From a virus, in IMG/VR virus record IMGVR_UViG_3300020045_007008, positions 1 to 64,000 of that record: a stretch of 64,000 bases of DNA; one strand, 5' to 3'. Every line of letters begins with the position of its first letter. Within the stretch, counting starts at the first letter, position 1. A program made the translations under genes and the position numbers. The notes beneath the pieces are model-generated. The model was not told where the DNA came from. It saw only the letters and a program-made list of their open reading frames with translations, and did no database searches. Shown piece by piece: positions 57,841-64,000 of the stretch.

Positions 57841-58191
57841 TAGTATATAATGTTCAGAGGTGACTGAATAATCTATTAGTGAGTAGATAAGGTATAGCGA
57901 AAATTCATAGGGAATTAGTAGCTAGTTTATGAGTATATGACTTAATCATTACTAAAAGGTATCACTACCGAGAGGCTCCAAATAAACTTAATGAGCCAAT
58001 TATGCGTTAAGATGTTGATGTGCTGACTCCTAGGTTCGGTACAAAGATTGTATAATTTAGAGCAACAAATCTTAATCTTAAGATTAGCTCCTTATTGATA
58101 GAGTAGGCTCTATTGATTTGCAAAAATAAAAGATGAATAAGGTCTCATAATAGAGGAAAACCTACTCCTCTCCTCTGAACATTGTATATTA
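57841..58191 (+). ncRNA. Giant tRNA-like (expanded cloverleaf) RNA, about 350 nt
   Basis: 20-bp terminal stem with two G-U pairs; D-, anticodon-, variable- and T-like arms in tRNA order. Confidence 0.7.
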
Positions 58192-58474
58192 TAATATTAT
58201 GTCATATACTAAAGAAAAAGCAATAGAACAATTGAATAAAGAAAGAGAATTAAAATATTTATATTTTAATTATTTTAGACTATTGTTTCAAAAACTATTG
58301 AATAGATGATATGAGAATATATATAATTATTTACATATTAATGTATCTTTTTAATGTAATTGTTACTCCATTTATTTTTGGTGAAAAAAAATCATTCACT
58401 GAATTTAATCCTATTGAGTGGCTAGTGCATCTAGTATTTGATTTACCGATAATTTATTTTTTATTCAAAACATT

Positions 58475-58756
58475 ATGAAGAAAAATATTAAAGTAGTAGA
58501 AAAAATAGAATATATACTAGAAGATAAAGATATTAATATTCTAAAAGATTGTTTAAATTATTGTTTTCATAGAGCGACTAAACATAAAACACCGATGACT
58601 GGTAAAGATAATGATATAAATAGACTAAGACAAGATTTAGATATTATCGAAACAAGAGAAAATAAAAAAATAAAAATCCCAGTACACGATTGTAGTAATG
58701 ATTGTAGATGCAATAGAACAATAGATGATGAAAATATAAGTATGATATTTATTTAA
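58475..58756 (+). CDS. Hypothetical protein
   Basis: ORF in operon. Confidence 0.5.
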   Translation: MKKNIKVVEKIEYILEDKDINILKDCLNYCFHRATKHKTPMTGKDNDINRLRQDLDIIETRENKKIKIPVHDCSNDCRCNRTIDDENISMIFI

Positions 58757-58784
58757 GAATATCAATAAAATAATGTAAAAAAAT

Positions 58785-58973
58785 ATGTATAAATGTACAC
58801 TATGTAATCACGAGTTCGAAAAACCAATGAAAATAACCAAAGGAAGTATTGTAATAGAAATTATATTATGGTTATGTTTATTATTTCCTGGAGTTATATA
58901 TTCACTATGGCGAGTAACAAGTAGATATAAAGCTTGTCCAAAATGTGGATGGAATCATTTAATGATATTATAA
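58785..58973 (+). CDS. Small zinc-ribbon membrane protein
   Basis: CTLC...KGS.VIEIILWL...PG.IYSLWR...CPKC. Confidence 0.7.
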   Translation: MYKCTLCNHEFEKPMKITKGSIVIEIILWLCLLFPGVIYSLWRVTSRYKACPKCGWNHLMIL

Positions 58974-58974
58974 A

Positions 58975-59364
58975 ATGATTACTAATAACACAAAATTTAG
59001 AGTATTCGATAAAGAACAAAATAAAATGTTATATTATGATACTGATATAGTACCTAACATGACACTAAATGGAGTATTAATAGATGATAAAGGAAGTAAT
59101 GTAAGCAATAGATATATATTAATGCAATATACTGGTAAGAATGATTCAAACGGCAAAGAGATATATGAAAGTGATATAGCATATATAAAGTGGTTAAATA
59201 TGATACATTATAAAACAGAAAAGGCAATAATAAGAAAAGAAGATATAACATATAGAGCATATTTATCAAATGAAAAAAGATTAGGATGTATAGATAGTGA
59301 TTATTATGATGATTGGCAAGAATGTGAATATATAGCAGTAATAGGCAATATTTATGAAAGATAA
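58975..59364 (+). CDS. YopX-family protein
   Basis: KFRVFD, LMQYTG..D.NGKEIYE.DI, VIGNIYE. Confidence 0.9.
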   Translation: MITNNTKFRVFDKEQNKMLYYDTDIVPNMTLNGVLIDDKGSNVSNRYILMQYTGKNDSNGKEIYESDIAYIKWLNMIHYKTEKAIIRKEDITYRAYLSNEKRLGCIDSDYYDDWQECEYIAVIGNIYER

Positions 59365-59381
59365 ATAATTAAATAAATAGT

Positions 59382-59738
59382 ATGAAAATTATGTATAGAA
59401 TTATAATATTTGCAATAGCAATAACAATAATAACCTTCTTTTTCGCTAGAATAGTAACTAAAAATGATGATATAGTAAAAGAAGAAAATAAAAACAAAAT
59501 AAACTTCACCACTACAATGACATTAGAATCTAATAGTGAAGAAAAATTAGAAGCATTTAAAGAAAGAATAAAAACACTAAAAGACGAAGAGATATTAGAC
59601 TTATTGCAAACAATACCATTAGAAACTAAACCAGTTTATATTATATATAAAGAATTAGAAAGAAGACAATATTTTGAAAATAAAAAAATAGATAAAGAAA
59701 AGAAAGCATTAGAGATAATAGATGAATATTTTAGATAA
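59382..59738 (+). CDS. Hypothetical membrane-anchored protein
   Basis: N-terminal TM segment. Confidence 0.55.
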   Translation: MKIMYRIIIFAIAITIITFFFARIVTKNDDIVKEENKNKINFTTTMTLESNSEEKLEAFKERIKTLKDEEILDLLQTIPLETKPVYIIYKELERRQYFENKKIDKEKKALEIIDEYFR

Positions 59739-60162
59739 TATGGATAATATAAATTCAAAACAATGGGAAGAATTTAAAAAATGGTGGGAAGAAGAGATAA
59801 ATAGATTATACTCATGTAAATCAAAACAATTAATAGGTAAATATATTCCAGAAAAAACAATAGAAGAATATAATAGATGGTTATTAGATAATGATAAAAA
59901 TAAAGTAATAAAAAATATCCAATGTTCGCACCAAATAATGGAATGTGCTATAGATGTAAAAAAGATATAGTAACAGAAAAATGGGCAACAGAACATATAG
60001 TAGGATGTCCAAAATGTAATAAGAGTTATTGTGATTAATATAAACAAAAGTAATAAAAATGTAAATTAAAACAAAAAAAGAATGTATAAAAATGCTTGTC
60101 AAAACAATTAAAAAACTAATAAATACTAATAGAGTAGTAAAAGAACGTATATATAATAACAT

Positions 60163-60185
60163 ACACCTGTTTTGGGTGTTTTTTT
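60163..60185 (+). terminator. Rho-independent terminator
   Basis: ACACC / GGTGT stem followed by a T-tract. Confidence 0.6.
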
Positions 60186-60247
60186 ATTTAATATAAACGA
60201 AAATATAATAATTAATAAGAATAAGATAAAGAAGATAAATAAACTTT

Positions 60248-60439
60248 ATGAAATATACTAGTAACAATATTGGATTACAAATGATATTATTTTTAATCTT
60301 TTTAGTATTAAAATTAACTAATACAATAACTTGGTCATGGTGGTGGGTTACAGTCCCATTATGGATACCAATTGTAATTATCTTTAGTGTTATTATATTA
60401 ACTATTATATTCATAACTTTAAAAAATTATTTAAAATAA
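60248..60439 (+). CDS. Small transmembrane phage protein
   Basis: LIFLVLKL...I.WSWWWV..PLWI. Confidence 0.75.
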   Translation: MKYTSNNIGLQMILFLIFLVLKLTNTITWSWWWVTVPLWIPIVIIFSVIILTIIFITLKNYLK

Positions 60440-60443
60440 ATAT

Positions 60444-61034
60444 ATGGGAACATGGGGAGGATATCAACCTAATGCAGGAAGACCACCTGGTCGACCTAAT
60501 AATGAAACATTAGAAAGAAGAAAAGTAGAAAAAGCATTACATCAAGCTATAATGGCAAAGGCAAATAGACTATTAAAGGCAATGATGTTACAAGCAGAAG
60601 GAGAATTCTTTTTAATGAGAGTAGATGAAGAAGAGGGAGAAAAAGGAAAAAAGAAAAGAGTACATAACATAGTAACTGATTGGAGAGAAATAAAAGAATT
60701 TTTTAATGAACATGCACAAGAAATAACTAGTCAAGAAGAGATAGGGGGATTATCAGGTAAAGTAGAAGATAACTATTATTATATAAAAACAATTCCAGCA
60801 GATTGGAGAGCAATAGAATCGTTATTTGACAGAGTATTTGGTAAATCAACACAACATATTAGCACCGATGAAGGTGGTAGTGAAAGAGATAATTATGAGC
60901 AACTTAATGGAGAACAACTCGATAGACACATTGAAGAACTTAGAGCAAGAATTGCAAAGGTTAGAGATGCTAAAGGTGAGGGAACAGAAAATACTGGAAC
61001 TGGAGAATCTGAAACTAAAACTGAAGAGCCATAA
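60444..61034 (+). CDS. Terminase small subunit (putative)
   Basis: GG.QPNAGRPPG N-terminus, AIE.LFDRVFGK; precedes TerL. Confidence 0.7.
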   Translation: MGTWGGYQPNAGRPPGRPNNETLERRKVEKALHQAIMAKANRLLKAMMLQAEGEFFLMRVDEEEGEKGKKKRVHNIVTDWREIKEFFNEHAQEITSQEEIGGLSGKVEDNYYYIKTIPADWRAIESLFDRVFGKSTQHISTDEGGSERDNYEQLNGEQLDRHIEELRARIAKVRDAKGEGTENTGTGESETKTEEP

Positions 61035-62541
61035 ATATGAATCATATTTGAATTGGGTTGAAAAATATTGGTCAGTTAGAGGTAAACCACTAGACCTTGG
61101 TAAATATAATGGTGGTAATCATACATACGTTGAAAGATTATATGAAGACCAACATCCAGACATAACATATAAGAAGTCAGCTCAAGCGGGTATTACTGAA
61201 AGACTATTAACTGAAGCACTATGGATACCAGACCAGTTTAGAGAAAATTCATTATATATGTTTCCTACCAGTGGAACAGTAGCTGATTTAGTACAAGAAA
61301 GATTAGATGAGCCTATTAATAATAGTAAATATTTATCAGCAGTTTCAGGTAGAGCAAAGAAGATAATGAAAAAACAGGCAGATAAGGTGGGATTAAAAAG
61401 AATGTCAAAAGGATTTATTTATTTTAGAGGTTCAAATAAACCGACACAAATTACTTCTGTTTCTGCTGATGCTGTATTTGTAGATGAGTTAGACAGAATG
61501 ATGATTGAAAGTATTCCATATTTTAAGAAAAGAATGATGCATAGTAAAAGAAAATGGATTAGATATGGCAGTACTCCAACAATTCCAAATTTCGGTATAG
61601 ATATAAAATTCAATGAATCAGACCAACATTATTTACATTTAAAATGTAATCATTGTAATGAATGGCAAGTATTAGACTTCTGGGAGAATATAGATAAAAT
61701 AAAAAAAATAATACATTGTAGTAGATGTAAGAAAGAAATAGTTCCATATACTTGTCAATTACAATGGGTTGCTAAATATCCAGATAAAAATAAAAGAGGA
61801 TATTTCATCAGTCAATTATATAGTCCATTATTAGACCTAAATGACATAATAGAAGAGAGTGAAAGAGAAGCAGAGTGGGAGATAATGCAATTCATGAATC
61901 AGTCATTAGGATTAACATATGAGCCTAAAGGAGGAAAGATAACAGAGAAAGATTTAGATGCTTGTAAAAGAGATTATAATATTCCAGCATTGAATGATTA
62001 TTCTTTTATGGGTATAGACGTAGGTAAAGCATTTCATATAGTAATAGTAGATGAAAAGAAATTATTATTTACTGGTGAAGTAAGAACAGTAGATGAATTA
62101 GTAGGATTAGCAGAACAATATAAAAGTAAGTGTGCAGTTATTGATGGCAATCCTGAAGGACGAGCCGCAGAAGAATTTTGTAAAAGAGCTCAAGGAAATA
62201 ATTTCATGTGTTGGTATGTAGATACGAGTGGTTTTTCTAAAGGACAATGGTTCAAAATAGAAGAATTAAAAGTAACAACTGGTAGAACAATGAGTTTAGA
62301 TAAGTCTACCAATATGATAAAGAAACAGAAGATTGAAATACCAAAGAATATCGACATATATATAGACTTTAAAGAGCAAATGAAAAACCTAACTAGAGTA
62401 CAGAATGAAAATAAAAGCGGTGACATCGTAGCTCAATATTTAAAGACAGGAGCAGACCATTATAGACATGCATTTAATTATGCAAATCTAGCTAGAGAAA
62501 TTCATTCAAATGTAGGTGTACCAGAAATATTTACTTTATAA
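60895..62541 (+). CDS. Terminase large subunit (lambda GpA-like)
   Basis: KSAQAGITE, YMFPT, FVDELDRM, STPT, SDQ...C.HC, GIDVG, DHYRHA; start uncertain. Confidence 0.88.
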   Translation: MSNLMENNSIDTLKNLEQELQRLEMLKVREQKILELENLKLKLKSHKYESYLNWVEKYWSVRGKPLDLGKYNGGNHTYVERLYEDQHPDITYKKSAQAGITERLLTEALWIPDQFRENSLYMFPTSGTVADLVQERLDEPINNSKYLSAVSGRAKKIMKKQADKVGLKRMSKGFIYFRGSNKPTQITSVSADAVFVDELDRMMIESIPYFKKRMMHSKRKWIRYGSTPTIPNFGIDIKFNESDQHYLHLKCNHCNEWQVLDFWENIDKIKKIIHCSRCKKEIVPYTCQLQWVAKYPDKNKRGYFISQLYSPLLDLNDIIEESEREAEWEIMQFMNQSLGLTYEPKGGKITEKDLDACKRDYNIPALNDYSFMGIDVGKAFHIVIVDEKKLLFTGEVRTVDELVGLAEQYKSKCAVIDGNPEGRAAEEFCKRAQGNNFMCWYVDTSGFSKGQWFKIEELKVTTGRTMSLDKSTNMIKKQKIEIPKNIDIYIDFKEQMKNLTRVQNENKSGDIVAQYLKTGADHYRHAFNYANLAREIHSNVGVPEIFTL

Positions 62542-63015
62542 TATATGAGTATAAAAATAAAAAAACCAAAGAAATGGAGAAAAGGACAAATGATATTTAA
62601 TTTTTTAGAATGGTTAGCATATGAAAAGAATATGGTTACTATAAATAGAATGGCAGACCCATTTTTCTTAACAGACGAAGAATTAGATGAATATTATGAA
62701 GAGTTTTTAAAAACAATATTATGAAATATCTAGCTGAATTATATAAAGATAATAAACATATCGGTGATGTATTTATAGTAGATGATGAATACGGTGGGGG
62801 TTTAAATGGCGGTATATTTTTTAGAGGAATAGATAGTAATATATTAGAAAGAGATATTCCATTGTTTGATAAATATAAATAAAAAATATGAATAAAATAA
62901 ATATACTTAAAAAATTATTTCTTGCATTGAATAATAAAGAAGAATGTAAGAATAATGAATGTAAAAATAAAAGGAGACATTGTTCATGTTATTGTGAAGA
63001 ATGTAGTGAAAAACT

Positions 63016-63309
63016 ATGGGAGACAAAACACAATGGATAGATACTTGCCCTGATTGTGGTGAAAATACATTAGAGTGCTATGATGCACCATCATCAGTAA
63101 TGTGGGTTAGAACTTGTAAATGTGGTTATATAGATAAGAGAGATTATTATGAAGATAATAAAAATAATATTTATCTATGTACAGAAGAAGAAGCAATACA
63201 AAAAAAATTATTAGTTAAGTGCCCACTATGCAAACAATATTGTAATTGTTGGCAGATAAAACAAAATAAAGTTTGTTTTGAATGTGAAATACATACAGAA
63301 AGACGATAA
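63016..63309 (+). CDS. Hypothetical multi-zinc-finger protein
   Basis: CPDC, CKC, CPLC, CFEC. Confidence 0.55.
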   Translation: MGDKTQWIDTCPDCGENTLECYDAPSSVMWVRTCKCGYIDKRDYYEDNKNNIYLCTEEEAIQKKLLVKCPLCKQYCNCWQIKQNKVCFECEIHTERR

Positions 63310-63315
63310 TAGGTA

Positions 63316-63344
63316 TTGACTTTTTTTATATAGTATTATATAAT
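63316..63344 (+). promoter_or_regulatory. Sigma70-type promoter (near-leaderless ATG at 63353)
   Basis: TTGACT-17-TATAAT. Confidence 0.75.
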
Positions 63345-63352
63345 ATTATTAT

Positions 63353-63673
63353 ATGAAACAATACATAGCAAAAGAACAATTCGGTGAATTATCTATAGAA
63401 GAAAAGCATATTTTTTATGACCTATGGTGGGATTATGAAAATCAAAAATGGAGAGAAGTAGAGGGTCTAGATTGTGATTTTGTCATGGATAGATGTGAAC
63501 CAAATATTGGGCAAATGATAGAATTTTTAGGAGATGATTTAAAAAATACAATAAATTTCCAATGCAGTTGGGAAGTCATATTAAATAATCTCCCAACCGA
63601 TAATAGCTTCAATGATGAAAAATTATGTGATGCACTTTGGGAAGCAGTTAAATATAAAATAAGAAAACAATGA
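63353..63673 (+). CDS. Hypothetical phage protein
   Basis: MKQ.I..EQ..EL, IGQMIEFL, LCDALWEAVK. Confidence 0.7.
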   Translation: MKQYIAKEQFGELSIEEKHIFYDLWWDYENQKWREVEGLDCDFVMDRCEPNIGQMIEFLGDDLKNTINFQCSWEVILNNLPTDNSFNDEKLCDALWEAVKYKIRKQ

Positions 63674-63915
63674 GAGATATTGAACAAATAATAAAAAAAA
63701 TAAAAAAAGAAGTTCCAATGACTTGGGATATGAAGATACAATTTTTTGATGCTATAGAAGTAATGATGTCAGCCACAAGATGGACAGCACCAGAGATAAG
63801 ATATATTAGATTTGAAAAATTAGCAAAGATATTAGAAGATTATCTGAGAAGACCAGAAGAAGAATGGAAACAATATATATGGAAAATATTTAATGGGGAT
63901 ATTAAACAAGACTAA
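63670..63915 (+). CDS. Hypothetical protein
   Basis: ATGA overlap with the previous gene. Confidence 0.55.
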   Translation: MRDIEQIIKKIKKEVPMTWDMKIQFFDAIEVMMSATRWTAPEIRYIRFEKLAKILEDYLRRPEEEWKQYIWKIFNGDIKQD

Positions 63916-64000
63916 TATGACATTATCACAATTTACAAATTTAAACGTAGCAGATAAGATGGCGACATTAAATAGTCTTTATAAAGGACTAGTTAAATTT

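Noticed and set aside
58152-58162. GAGGAAAACC resembling RNase P RNA GAGGAAAGUCC
   Set aside because: It sits at the 3' end of the element rather than near the 5' end and no P4 partner was found; it fits a T-arm-like stem better.
57841-58191. tmRNA, group I intron-containing tRNA, or MITE
   Set aside because: No GGGG 5' end, TTCRA T-loop or CCA; no clear P7 core; no single deletion restores a normal tRNA; G-U pairs in the terminal stem and no obvious target duplication argue against a DNA transposon end.
904-63741. Minus-strand ORFs in the six-frame track
   Set aside because: They are antisense shadows of well-supported + strand genes or AT-rich noise, with no recognisable motifs.
1-64000. 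Stop-codon reassignment (TGA or TAG recoded)
   Set aside because: Conserved proteins are full length in code 11, and several end at TGA in ATGA overlaps or at TAG at their expected C-termini.
1-64000. Prophage with host flanks or an integrase/repressor module
   Set aside because: No integrase, CI-like repressor or host housekeeping block was recognised; dnaN and the que genes sit in phage context.

Overview
The window is most of a low-GC, long-tailed (siphovirus-type) dsDNA phage genome with essentially all real genes on the + strand. Order: head morphogenesis (5'-truncated), prohead protease, HK97-fold capsid, fibre/decoration genes with a methyltransferase and a glycosyltransferase, neck, tail tube, frameshifted tail chaperone, tape measure and tail tip (1-21.9 kb); lysis-like genes (23.7-24.9 kb); small early genes and structured intergenic RNAs (25-32 kb); replication (initiator, primase-helicase, beta clamp, PolB; 32-42 kb); accessory and RNA-repair genes with tRNA-Cys and tRNA-Trp (42-52 kb); a 7-deazaguanine DNA-modification operon (52-57 kb); a non-coding RNA region (57.2-58.2 kb); and terminase (60.4-62.5 kb). 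No portal gene was recognised, so it probably lies outside the window. Near-absence of Shine-Dalgarno sites together with consensus TTGAC-17-TATAAT promoters suggests a Patescibacteria (CPR)-like host (inference). Best candidates for new biology: (1) the queD-queE-PRTase-queC-folE-GNAT-queF-dpdA operon, in which the GNAT, DpdA and phage PolB all end in a QNxLF beta-clamp-binding-like motif, suggesting a replication-coupled and possibly undescribed acetyl-preQ1 DNA base; (2) two expanded tRNA-like RNAs (about 170 nt and 350 nt) that keep a cloverleaf shell around large structured insertions. All assignments come from reading motifs by eye; no searches or folding programs were run.
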